A DNA stretch of 64,000 nucleotides from Raillietiella orientalis (taxonomy: Eukaryota): the NCBI GenBank assembly GCA_036172245.1, contig JAYWIR010000102.1:62001-126000 (forward strand). The letters run 5' to 3'. Position 1 is the stretch's first letter. The number at the start of each line of letters is the position of its first letter. Below the pieces are notes generated by a model. It worked only from the letters and a program-made list of their open reading frames with translations, searched no databases and was not told the origin of the DNA. Position numbers and translations under genes: made by a program. Below are positions 27,701 to 38,684 of the stretch, in pieces.

Positions 27701-30700
27701 ACGTATCCATGCCACCTTCTGAACAGTATGATGAATGGGATTCGAATGGAAGTGTCCGATTTCGTTGTTGCTGTTGTTGTTGTTCTGGCGAATTGAGGAG
27801 AACTTTCCAAAAAGTCGGTCGATCCGAGCCGTAGCCATTTGGAAGCAAGGTCTCCAAATCGTCCCCACTTTGAGGACCTGACAGCTTTCGTTACAGCCAC
27901 TCAGCATCCTCTCCCGACACTTCGTCTCGCACCTGACTTCGAAACTTTCAACAGATCTCATTGTGAAAATAAATCGCAAGTTGTTTCGATTGACAGCAGC
28001 GTGTAATCTTGAAAATATGTGCTGCCATACAAGTCAGATGTGCTTCGTGCTGACCCACGTAAACAGAATTCTATCGCATGCCGTTCCGTGAATAGGTGTT
28101 CGAGTAAATAGGTGCAGTCATAATGTCCGTTGATTCGGACACCGTGTTTGGAAACCACGTAGCGGAAGGCAGGCAGGAAATGCTGTTGCCATATGGTTCA
28201 TGCTCTTTTTTTTCTTTTTGCTTTACTTTCTTGGATTTGTCCCTCTCTGAAATTGACATCATTTTGGACGAAAGACATACTATAAAAATATCTTTTAGCG
28301 AAATTCAGATTTGAACATCTTTGACCGAACCGTTCAGGACCGGTCATTCTAGCCCATCAGACTTCGTGGGAACCATTTTGAGCGAATGAAAAGTCCTCGG
28401 TTAGCCTTATCACGAACTGTGTCGACTTCTGTCGCCTTTTTTTAAGCTTAAATCAATCGATGATTGAAGAGTTGCGGCAGTTGTACTGTCGAGTGGAGTG
28501 TACACTTTAGTGTTGGTTGATACCTTAGTGTGACGCTCACCCGTCTCACGCAAAGCTGTCTAGTGATTCTCCCCCCGTGTGAGCTATGCATTAATTTCCG
28601 ATTCTTCACTTAAGCCGTAAGTATCAATAAGGTAAATGTCCTCATTCCCGTTGCTTCCCTTGGTGCCCTGTTTCCCGGTTTCTTCTTGACGAGAAGAAAC
28701 CGGGAAATGTTCGGCCAACTCTTCACGATTGCGCCACTTTGCATGCACTCTTTGCTATGGGCTTCCTTTTTCCTTCTCATGTGATGCACTGCGAATATAA
28801 CATTCCTTCCATCAGTGCCAACCTACTCCCGATGCGTGCGCTTCCATCCCCTACTTCCTTAGAGTTGGCAAGCTTGACCCCGTTATTATCTGGAGCGATG
28901 CCGACTTGACCAAAGTCCGGTCCTCCCGCTTTCGTGGGCCCTACAGCTGTGGGGCTATCCTTGCCGCACTCGGTTTCCGGAAACGCCAAAATCGGCAGCT
29001 CGGTGTGCTGCGACGAATGAGTCGGCCGATTGCGATGGAAGTCTGTGGGAACAATCGGCACCTTTACGGACGCACTGAGCGGCCACTGAGCGGACCCATT
29101 GAAATTCAGACGCCTGGATGAAAGAATTCGTGTTGCATAGGTTGCGGGCATTGCAATTTCGGGATGCTCATTAAAAAGAGTGTGCGGAAACTTTGTGTTC
29201 GGTTCCGTGTGCCGTGTTCATAGTGAAGGCACTTCGATGCAGACGCAGGACTTTTTCTAAGACTTCCACTGTACACGTTTCCGTACACAGGAAGCGCTTC
29301 TTCTCTTTTTCTTCTTTTCATTCGCCGTCATTTTTCCACAAGAACTTGATTTTGGAGCTTATTATTGAGTTTCATTCGCCCAAATATGAAGAACTCCGAT
29401 GATCCGATGAATTTCGTAAACGAAATTTCTATTTTGCATTCTGTATGGTTGTCATGAAACGAAGGAAAGAAAAGAAACCACCATTAGCCTTTCGACAGGG
29501 TGCATCGAAACACCACACTTGCTAATTGGAGTATGCTGTTTCATAAAAGAGACTACATTTCTCACACCTTCATTAATTCTGTAAGGTGTTCCACCGATTT
29601 TCTTTCGCAGGATGGTATTGGCAACCATTTTTAAAATCCCAGAATGCCGAATCTCGAATATATAAATTGCCGAACAATTTTTTCCTTCTTAACGTGAATC
29701 ATGTCACTTATGCAATATTTTCTTTTCCTTTTTTTCGGTACTTGGTATGGATTTGGGATTTTTTTTCCCCACGCTGAATTTGCAAAGTTACATGAACTAT
29801 TTTTCATTAAAGAATCCGAAATTAGGTTTCTGTGAAGAATTTGTACGGAGAACTTAACTGCGTTTTCCAAAATGGAAGATTTTTCCCCTCCAGCGTGCAA
29901 CAGCCAATGCGAAATTTTGCGCGCGCTACGTTGCTGCCTTCCAACAAAATGGCTGACGGTTCATTTCAAAATGGCGTCCCCACAAACCTGAATTCAGGGT
30001 GCCGTTATGCATTCTCAAATTCACAACAGTAAATTCATTTCTTTCTCCTAGTGATTTTAAAACATCAGATTTTGACGCATATAATTTGCTTAATGAAGAA
30101 ATTATGCAGTTTATGAATTCGAAACAATTTTTTTTTGTGAATGTTTACGATCATGGGTGAAATACGGGTACGTTTTGCTCAGATAACTCTTTCGGTATAC
30201 ACATAGTATATCCAAGCATATTGATATGCAAACTGTGTTCAAAAGAGTTTTCATTTTGAAGTTTTTTTGCCCATCATCACCAGAGAACATTTAGGAATCG
30301 CAGAATTTTTCTATGCATGCGTATTCTCTTTATGAATATAAATCGTTAGCAAACGATTTAAATATCGATTGCCAAACAACAACTTGAGTCCTTTGAACTT
30401 CCTTGTAGACAAAGAAAGGAATGGTTTTTATTGCTGAGAATAATAAAAAGTATTTCAAAATGATTCCAGTCTGTCAAAGGAAGCTTCTTTCGTTTTTGCT
30501 TTTTCGTGTGTGTGCGTGCGAAACATAGGTCGTCAAACCAGTAAGTACTCTTCAAGCAAGATGCTCTTCATTGAGATGCCCTTCTTGCTCTTCAGATTAA
30601 GCGGTTACTGCACAAAAGTGCTCGCTGACGTTGGATCTGTTATTTTGATGCGCGCGCTGTGCAAAAGTTCCATCCAAATAGACGTCTATGGTTATTCATT

Positions 30701-33700
30701 CCTTTCAACTTTATTCATCGTTAAATCTATCCGTCCGTGCTTATAAAGCTTTCGCCGAAGGACGTATTTGGATAGCGATGCTTCGTTGCTTGGCTCGTCT
30801 TCACCGATGATGCTCGATTTCTGTACTTATGAACACAATATGCACGTTTTGCACTCCGGTTGTGGTGCTCTGTCGCCATGTTTTTATTGCATTGGCGCCT
30901 TCTTGTTGTGTGCACAGTTATGTATCTGACAGAGTTTCTTTTCCTCTCCGCTTGAGTAAATGAGACACTTTGAGAGACGTCGGGTACGCGTTCTCCAACA
31001 GGAAAGTCAGTACCTGTGAGTCTTTCATCAGAGGATCCTTCGAGAAAATACCCTTCCAGAATAGAGGGTTAAAAAGAAAACAGCATGACCTGACCTGTCA
31101 TGTTGGCAAACCGTATTTCTGGTTCTCTTGAAGCGATCCTGAATGCTAAGAATGATGCAGTTCAAGAAGACATCTCGTTTCCCTTGCGATCACGGTGCAC
31201 GAGGTCTGTATTTCGCACCGGTGTTATTTCATAGATGCGGAGTTGAAACCGATATTGGGGTCCCTGTCGGTCTTTGCGTTTTCCTTCTTTGCAGTTTCAA
31301 GCCATGGCGAAGACTGAAAATCGCCTTTGGCATCTTGGGAATGCAGCACGTGAAGGAGTTCTTGTTGGATGGCGTGTCGAAACAGCTCGTTCGGATGTCA
31401 TCTGCCTCCGTACGGTGCTCGGTTAGGTTCTTCGCTGCCCGGTTCCGTTGGAACCACGGAACAGGATTGCCGTCGTGTTAAACTGCTGACCGCGCTTCGG
31501 CTGCGGGGAGGGAACTGTCAGGGGCGATGTCGCGTCTCTTGATGGAACAGCAGCAAGCCACGGGTGGATGCATGGCCTCGAAAGGAAGGGGTGGCACGAC
31601 GGCTTCCTAACGAGGACCGGTTCACCGTGATCCACCTTCAGAGGGAGGTCACTTCGTGATTCCCTTTCGCAGTACCTATGAAAGTGGGGGAGGCAGTTTA
31701 TGGAGTGATCAGCCGTGAACTTTCGTAGCAGAAGGGACTGACTATAGTCGCTGAGGGACAAAGGAGGAAACAGGACATGCATCGAGGGGCGGGGATTCCG
31801 AAGTCTGCCGAGGTATTTCCAGAAACAAGAATCGTTGCCTTCCTCCCCACCAAGTGGTGGGACCCACGTTCCTCTTGCCTCGAACCTGGATGGGCGTCTT
31901 TGATGTCGTTCAAGCCCGGGGTGCATTTCCCGTCTTCTTGCAGCTGCACCCTTCGGGGCGTACTGCACGGATCGGCGTCCTTTGAGCGCACCTTCATCCA
32001 CGCCAAACCGACAGGAACACTCGGGAGTTCCGCGCGCCTCTTTCAGGTGGGGTGCTGCTGCCCTTGGATGGCAAACAGCCCGAGTGCGCCCCCAAGGAGA
32101 TACTCCTCTCCACTTTCAACGAAAGCTGACGAAGTTTTCGCTTCGTTGTGTCGGCAACGCCCGCCGCGCCTCCACTGTCTCGAGCAGCACTTTCCGGAAG
32201 CCATGCCGGACTCTGTCCCGACATGCGGAGCACATCGTCGTGTGCACGTGTTGCAGCCGCTGCGCCGGTCGCAACACGTTGCACGCACTGATCCCCAGGC
32301 AGGGACGTGGCCGCTGACGCGCGTTGGTCCCCATTGGTGCGAGCGTTTCGAATGGGCCATCTGCGTCCCGTCCGTCCCATGCGGCGCGACTTCTTGCGAT
32401 GCTGCTGCTGCCTGGATGCCGGGCGAGCTCGGCAGCAGCGCGGGAGTTCGCGTTCCTCCAGCGGATCCCTTCCGGCTAGGGTGGGCGTCGCGTCCGCTCT
32501 CTGCGGGTTCGGGTCTCGCTTCCTTCGAGACGCCAGCGGCGGATGCCGCAGACTTTCTTCTCCCGCTCGCGACCGTAAAGCGGTCGAAGAGGTCCCCAGG
32601 TACCTGTGCGTCCGGATGACCCGAAGCGAATCGCGCGAGGATCCCGCCGCCGTTCCTCGCGACCCGCGTCGGCGCCTTCGAGACGTGCGCTTGCTTCGGG
32701 TCCCCCTCGCCGGCTCCGCAGGGCCGAAGAGGGGTCGGGCCCTTCGCGCCATGCGGAAACCAGCGCGCACACCTTCCGTCCCCAGCGGGTGCGCTGCCGA
32801 AGGGAGGGACCACGCCCACGGCGCGCTTCTTGTTGTGGCGCACTCGGCACACCTCGGCGAAGACCTCGGGAAACCGCCCGTGCGAGGTCATCCTCGTGCC
32901 GGGGAGACCTTCAGGGGAGAAGCCCGGAAGAATTCAGAGTCGCTCCCCGGAGTCCCGAGCGCCCGCTGCTCTGGCGTCTTCCCTGCTCCGGAACGCGAGA
33001 AATGCGCCAAGCGCTTGGAGAGGTCGCGGCTGACCGCAGCGCTGCGATGGCAGCGGCTCCACCTCCGGGACCGCCCTGCCGTCTCCCCTGGGCGGCCGGG
33101 GTCTCCCCGGCGAGCAGCCGGAAGCTGCCGGGCGCGCACGGCACACAGTCGTCTTGGAAACGTCCGTCAGCTCCCGGCGATGGCGACGAGCAAGCGGCGC
33201 CTCCCGACCTGCTCGGGGTGGCAGCGCGGGCTGCTGCGTCCCGATCCCTTCCAAGTGGACCTGTTGGGCCACGCCCTTTCGCTCCCGATGTCCGTCCGTC
33301 ACCTTCTTGTCGCACTGGGGCGCAGCATAGGGCGCCCCCGGAGCAATCACGAAGACCCGTCCGTCCGATCCGCACTTGCCCCACGTCTAATCTCCGAGAG
33401 CGGAGGAGCGGAAGGAGGTGCCTTTGGGACCACCCTCTTGACCTCTCCCCGGAGTTGTCCGTACCCGCCCGCACCACACCGGGAGGCGTGGCGTTGCCGG
33501 GAGTGTGCGCCGCCTCCCGGCTAGAGGAAACGTCCCCAGCACGGCGAAGCTGCCGCTCTGCCGATGGGACCGGGATCTCGGGCGAGTAGGGGCCCTTCGC
33601 GACCCCGCCCCGAAGAGCCCTCGGAGTCTCCGAAGCCCGGCGTGGGGGTACCTCGGAAATCCCCCTCGAGGAGCGGACGCCTCCTCCGTGCGCACAGGGG

Positions 33701-36700
33701 GCGGGCGAGGTGGAGCGGAGCGGGGCGGTCCGCGGAAAGTCGGGAGGGGACGGTGTGGAGGGGAACATTGACCGGATGGTCCTCGCAAGGCGCGCGCTCT
33801 TCGGCATCCGGCCCCTTCGCGTTGCCCAGCGAGTACGCTGAAAGGCGCCTCCTCGGCCACCGGCTGGCCTGCCCCCCCCCCCCCAGTCGTCCGCGCGGCC
33901 TCCGTTCGGCTGCTACCGGCCAACCGAGAGCCGCCGCCCACGTCCACTGCTCGCGAAGGCCTTCCGTGCCCAACTCGTCCGCCAACCCCCCGCGTCCTCC
34001 CGGGACCTCCGTCTCTCGCAAAAGGGGAGGGGAGGAGAACTGGGCAATGGGCTGTCGAGTTGCAGAACCCCGGTGCGCGCGTGTGCGTGATCACGCCACC
34101 GACCCGATTCTTGCGAGGACCTCGGTTCCCCCGCGGCCGTCGAAGGCGCTCGTCATCACGGCGAAGAGGCGTCGGCGTTGGCGTCGGGCGGAGGAGACGG
34201 GGGTGAGAGAGTGGTAGGCAACTTCCTGCGGTCGACCACGATCTGCTAGCCCTTTTGCGCTCCGAATCGCGGACCTTCCCATTCCGGTTGCCCACACCAA
34301 GATGGCGGCGGTTTCTGGAAGAGGGCCCGTCGCCTGCGTGGGCGTCGCGTAGCATGCCAACTGCCGTGGCAGAGTGGCACGCGGGACTCTTTTGGCGGCT
34401 TGCAGTGCAAGCGTTTGCGCCGCCTGCGTTTTCCGTGCGAAATTTTGGCGTAGATGAGTTTCCTGTGCGCCAAGCTCAGCCATTTTGTTCGTTTTTTTCC
34501 CCAGACGGACTGTCATTGGCTGGAGGGTGTGACGTCACGGAGGAAACCATCCCTTTTCAACCGCTTTATTTTCCTCGATGTCGCAAGACATTTCCACGTT
34601 TTGGTGTTACAGCAGCCACGTGCGTCCCGCACGGGGTCCACGCGTTCCGTCTCTTTTGCGACAGTCTCCCGACCGTTCCCACCGACGCCATTTTCCTCCG
34701 CTGCGGTGGGCGTACGTTCGAAGAAATCTCCGTCCTTCTATTGGTGAATGTGCACTGACGTTTCCGTGGAGGCGCTTTATGGAATCCCTAGCGCGGAGCG
34801 CCACGTGCCGAATAGCCCGGATCGCGAGCACGTGTGGATGGGTGGCGGCAGGCAGGGCCCACGGCCGTGGACACGACGATGACCGTCCCGTTTCCTTATT
34901 CGGTGCGCGAATTCTTTTTTCTTTTCTCTTCCCCCCCCCCCTCCTCTGCCGGCTCCTCGGGGAGGAGGCCGGCCCGCAATCGAAGGGGAGGCCGCCTTCG
35001 CACGGAAGGCGACAGGAAGGCAGGTGGTCCCGGGTAGGGGTCATCTTCAGACTTTCAAACGAGAAGGGGCTGTTCCCCCGCTTGCGCGCGGCGGCGGCGG
35101 CGGCAGGAGTAACCGCGGCAACCCCCCCGCGCGCGCTTCACTCCCAATCGGAGGCGGAGGAGAGTCCCATGGGGAAACCCGTGGCGCGCGCCGGCCCCTC
35201 GCGTCCTGGCGCCACCGCCCGCTGGGCGCAATGCCGCCGTGGGCGAGCGGCGGTTTCCGGAAGGATCTCTCGGCGGATGGACGAAAAGGGCGGAGGCTCT
35301 TCCCCCCCCCCCGCTCGCCACGGCTTCGTGACCGTCCCCTGGGAACGCCTGGGAGGGGACGAGCGGAGCGGAATCGCCCACAGCCGGTCCTTTTTTTTTT
35401 TAACCCCCCCTCCCAGCCCCACTGCCACTTTCCTCCCGGCCCCCTGCTGCCCCTTTTTTGTCTTGACGTTCGGTTCCGCCTTTGTGCGCGGGGCGGCTGC
35501 TCTTCCGAAATTCCCCCTTCTCGCGAGCTCGGGGATCGCCCTCATCGCCGTCTGCCGGGGCAACCGCCGACACCCCGTTTCCCCCTCGCTCGCGCCTCGG
35601 GCAAGCGCCGCGGCGGCAGTGACGCTTCCCGAGCTTGTGGCGTCCGACGCGACGACGGACGCTCTGCGCCCCCTCCCCGCCCCCTTCCGCTTCCCTCCCC
35701 ACGTCTGTCGCGGGCGCGCTCCCCCTTTCTTGACGCGCCGCCGCTTCGGGGGAGAGTCGCCGGGACGCCTACCTGAGGTCCTGCGTCGCCGCCGCTGCCG
35801 GCTTCCCCTCCTCCCCCCTCCTCCCCTACTCTTCCTGTGTTCCCGGAGCTAACCGCTGCACTTCCGGTGGCGGGCGGATGCAGAACTCGCACGGAGGGTC
35901 CGTGGAGACCGCACGCGCCTCCTTTGTGCAGCGAGCGGCGGCCAGATGGCGTCCGTGCGTCGGCGTTCCGGAGGCGGCACGACGGGCCCGCCATCTCCGT
36001 TGCGGCGCATGAACCACGGGAGCAACGAAGCGTCTTCACGAGGGGGGGGAGAGGAAGAAAGAAAAGCGGAAAGGGTTTTCATTGCTGGTCACACCTTTGG
36101 GAAGGGGGGGGGGGGGAACTCTCAAGGAGCGCATTCCGAGAATGAAGCGTTGACGGCTGCTGCTGCTCTTCCGTCCCTCTCCAGCGCAGCTTTCTCGCCT
36201 CACCTCCCCGCCGCCGCCACCGCTGCTCCCTGCCTCAACCCCCCCTTCCACTCTCCCCCCCCTCTTTTTTTTTCTTTTTTTCTGCGTTTGGGCGCCGGGC
36301 TGGACTCCAGGCCGACTAACGAGGGGTGCCGCCGTAGGCTGCTGGACATCTGCTACGGGAAGAGGGGCGACCGGGAGCAGGTGCTGATGCTGGTGTTCGA
36401 GCACATCGACCAGGACCTCGCCTCGTACCTAGAGGGCTGCTCGTCCTCTGGGCTGGCCCCGGACACAGTCAAGGTGGGCCCTGCGCGCGCCCCTCCCGGG
36501 CCCACCTCCCGCTCCAGAGCTTCCTGCACCAGATCCTCTCTGGGGTGGAGTTCCTGCACTCCCACCGGGTCGTCCACAGGGACCTGAAGCCCCAGAACCT
36601 GCTGGTCACCAACTCGGGGAAGGTCAAGCTGGCGGACTTCGGCCTGTCCCGCATCTACGACTTTCAGATGATCCTCACGAGCGTGGTGAGCCGCCCGGGG

Positions 36701-38684
36701 CGCGGCCGACGGGAGCTCCCTCCTCGTTGCAGGTGGTCACTCTGTGGTACCGGTCGCCGGAGGTCCTCCTGGGGACCAAGTACTCGACCCCGGTGGACAT
36801 CTGGTCCTGCGGCTGCATCTTCGCCGAGCTGTTCCGGCGCCAAGCGCTCTTTGAGGGCCAGTCGGAATCCGATCAGCTATCAAAAATATTCCAGTAAGGA
36901 CCTTTGCCCTGCGGCGATCTCCTCGGGGCAGCAGCGGGTCGTTCCCCTTTGCGGCTCCCCTCCGTGCCGCACATCCCTCGGGGCTCGGCGGCTGCGGGGA
37001 CAAGGGTGCGGTCGCAGGTCAACGGCCGTGCACGGGGAAGCGACCTCCTCCTCGCTCGCGCCACCGGGACGGGGGCGGGGAGGGAGGGGTAGCGCAGCCT
37101 CCCTCGTGGCCCACGGCCCGAAGCGCAGTCTCCGAGACGCGCCGGCTCCACGGAGAGCGGCGTCTCGCGGAGCATCCGGAGCTGCGGCGGCGGCGAGGCG
37201 AGACGCGGTGGCCCGTCGCCGTCTCCTTCGTTCCCTCCCATGTGCGCACGCGCGGACTCTCCGCCGCCGCCGTCGCAGCCGCGAGGCGCCGAGGAAGCAG
37301 CGCGCGCAGGGTGAGCGGCGCCTAGCGGCTTCCCTGCGAGGAGGACCTCCCCCTCCTTCGGAGAGGGGGAGGGGGACAGGGAGGAGGAAAGGGAAGAGGA
37401 GGAGGAGCGGGAGGACGGCGACGGGCCACCCGCCGCCGCCCTCGCGCACTTCCGCCCCACTTTCGTCGCAGCTGCGGCGCGGGAGGACCACGCCTTCCTC
37501 ACCCCCACCCCTCGCCGCTCTCCTTCCTTCCTTCGCCAGCCGCGCGGGGGCGCGCCGACTGCCTGCCTAGAAGACACGCCACTTCGCGATCGCCGCCGCC
37601 AGGGCGGCGCTGCAGCCGTCCGCAGCGGGGTTGCTGCGGCCTTGAGCGGAGAGAGGATCCGTGCGCATGGCGGCGGCGCCCGCGCCCGCGCCCTACCCCC
37701 TCGCAGAGACGGAGGCCCTCGACTGTCGTTGCCTCCGTTCCTCCTCTGCCCATGGTGCGGCGGCGTTCCCGGAAAGGTGGGGAGATCCGACACGGCCCTA
37801 CGTGCGCCGTTCCGTTGCAGCTCCCCCTGAAGGAGAGGAGGCAGGCTCCCACCCTCCTTCGTGGTGGTCCTCCCGAGAAGCCCTAAGGATGAGTGGACTC
37901 GAACGTGAGTCCAGGAGAGGGCGCGGCCGCCGGGCGGAAGGGCGGCAGTCGCCCCCCGTAGGTTGCTTCCGCTCTCTCCGATGGGGGTTGTCGGAGTGCC
38001 CCTCCCCTGTCGTCGGAGTGCCCGCGAAGGGTTGCCACAGGGCTGCTTCTCCTCCCTCTCTGGTCTTTGTTTTTTGAGGCGCCTCGCTGCCCGCGCGCGC
38101 TCAGACCGCCTTCGGCCGTCCCCTCTCCCACGGGAGCAGCCCTTCGGGGCCGGTGCTAACGTGAGAGCGGGCGGCCGGTCCCGCGGCGCAGCGCCCACAG
38201 AGTCCCTCCTCTGGCTGCCCTCCCTCGGCCTGTTTGCCTCCGGCTCGCGCGGACCCATCCGGTTGGGGAAGGGCTACCGTGACAGCAACGATGACCCCTA
38301 CTTCTGCATCTTCCCCGCAGGGTCATCGGCGTCCCCTCGGAGTCCCTGTGGCCGTCGAACGCCTCGATATCCCGTAATTCCTTCCTGAGCGGCGCGGGCG
38401 TGTCCTGGAAAGACGTCGTCCCGCGCATCGATGGCGAGGGCCTCGACCTGCTCCAGGTAAAGGGCGGACGGACCTCCCCCCCTGGGCAGCGGATCCCTCC
38501 GCCACAGAAGATGCTGGCCTTCGACCCGGAGCAGCGCATCAGTGCCCGGGACGCGCTCCTCCACCCCTACTTCACGGACCATGCCTACTTCCCCGTGGAG
38601 TTGACCTCCGGCCACCACCACCACCAGCACGGCACGAGGGCTCCAGAGGACGCGTCCCGGTTCGCGGAGGACTTCCGGGAGTGA
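17175..38684 (+). CDS. Cdk4: Cyclin-dependent kinase 4/6 (spliced, 7 coding exons, 334 aa)
   Basis: Exons 17175-17232, 17531-17699, 36338-36473, 36518-36685, 36733-36893, 38321-38456 and 38508-38684 are all GT-AG, phase-compatible and total 1005 nt. Motifs: [26 protein letters not shown] (PSTAIRE-equivalent helix), CDK4/6-diagnostic hinge [65 protein letters not shown]. Confidence 0.96.
17531..17699 (+). CDS. Cdk4: Cdk4/6 coding exon 2 ([11 protein letters not shown]...PMCILRE...HPNIVK)
   Basis: Acceptor TTTGCCAG, donor GTAAGT at 17700; encodes glycine loop, VALK lysine and alphaC helix. Confidence 0.95.
17706..17804. repeat. (AGC)8 and (GT)15 microsatellites just after the Cdk4/6 exon 2 donor
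   Basis: AGC tract at 17706-17730; GT tract at 17775-17804. Confidence 0.95.
24733..24797. repeat. (GT)n microsatellite, ~32 units
   Basis: Direct reading; a (GA)n tract lies nearby at ~24675-24694. Confidence 0.97.
26138..29321 (-). CDS. Putative uncharacterised gene nested antisense in Cdk4/6 intron 2 (partial model)
   Basis: Candidate exons 29321-29233 (MKRRKRE...SPASAS), 29113-~28800 ([10 protein letters not shown]...), 27877-27716 ([14 protein letters not shown]...NSPEQQQ) and terminal 26319-26138 (...[11 protein letters not shown]...ESSVI*). Sits just downstream of the 29.9 kb promoter cluster; some donors are weak. Confidence 0.35.
28671..28707. repeat. Perfect 16-bp inverted repeat, 5-nt loop
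   Basis: TTTCCCGGTTTCTTCT-tgacg-AGAAGAAACCGGGAAA. Confidence 0.95.
29868..29976. promoter_or_regulatory. Promoter-like motif cluster inside Cdk4/6 intron 2
   Basis: YY1-like CAAAATGG x3 (29868, 29945, 29967), CCAAT at 29904, E2F-like TTTTGCGCGC at 29915, CHR TTTGAA on minus strand at 29965-29970. Confidence 0.5.
32043..33840 (-). CDS. Putative GC-rich multi-exon gene nested antisense in Cdk4/6 intron 2 (frame uncertain)
   Basis: Chain of AG/GT-bounded segments with ~40-60 nt gaps (~33390-33300, 33260-33210, 33150-33030, 32910-32775, 32600-32043) downstream of the 34.3 kb promoter; high GC leaves most frames open, so no product is assigned. Confidence 0.28.
34221..34694. promoter_or_regulatory. 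CpG-rich promoter-like cluster inside Cdk4/6 intron 2
   Basis: ETS ACTTCCTG at 34221, YY1 CAAGATGGCGGC at 34298, E2F-like TTTTGGCG at 34390 and 34443, YY1 GCCATTTTG at 34479, ATTGG at 34515, CRE TGACGTCA at 34530, CGCCATTTT at 34686. Confidence 0.6.
36338..36473 (+). CDS. Cdk4: Cdk4/6 coding exon 3 (LLDICYG...FEHIDQDL...DTVK)
   Basis: Branch-point-like GACTAAC at 36314-36320, AG at 36336-36337, donor GT at 36474. Confidence 0.95.
36518..36685 (+). CDS. Cdk4: Cdk4/6 coding exon 4 (SFLHQIL...HRDLKPQN...DFG...LTSV)
   Basis: Follows a 44-nt intron; catalytic loop and DFG; donor GTGAGC. Confidence 0.96.
36733..36893 (+). CDS. Cdk4: Cdk4/6 coding exon 5 ([10 protein letters not shown]...DQLSKIF)
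   Basis: Follows a 47-nt intron, acceptor GTTGCAG; donor GTAAGG, phase 2. Confidence 0.96.
38321..38456 (+). CDS. Cdk4: Cdk4/6 coding exon 6 ([11 protein letters not shown]...GLDLLQ)
   Basis: Acceptor CTTCCCCGCAG, donor GTAAAG; CDK insert-region sequence. Confidence 0.93.
38508..38684 (+). CDS. Cdk4: Cdk4/6 coding exon 7 ([22 protein letters not shown]...stop)
   Basis: Follows a 51-nt intron; kinase subdomain XI; TGA at 38682-38684. Confidence 0.92.
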   Translation, partial: KMLAFDPEQRISARDALLHPYFTDHAYFPVELTSGHHHHQHGTRAPEDASRFAEDFRE

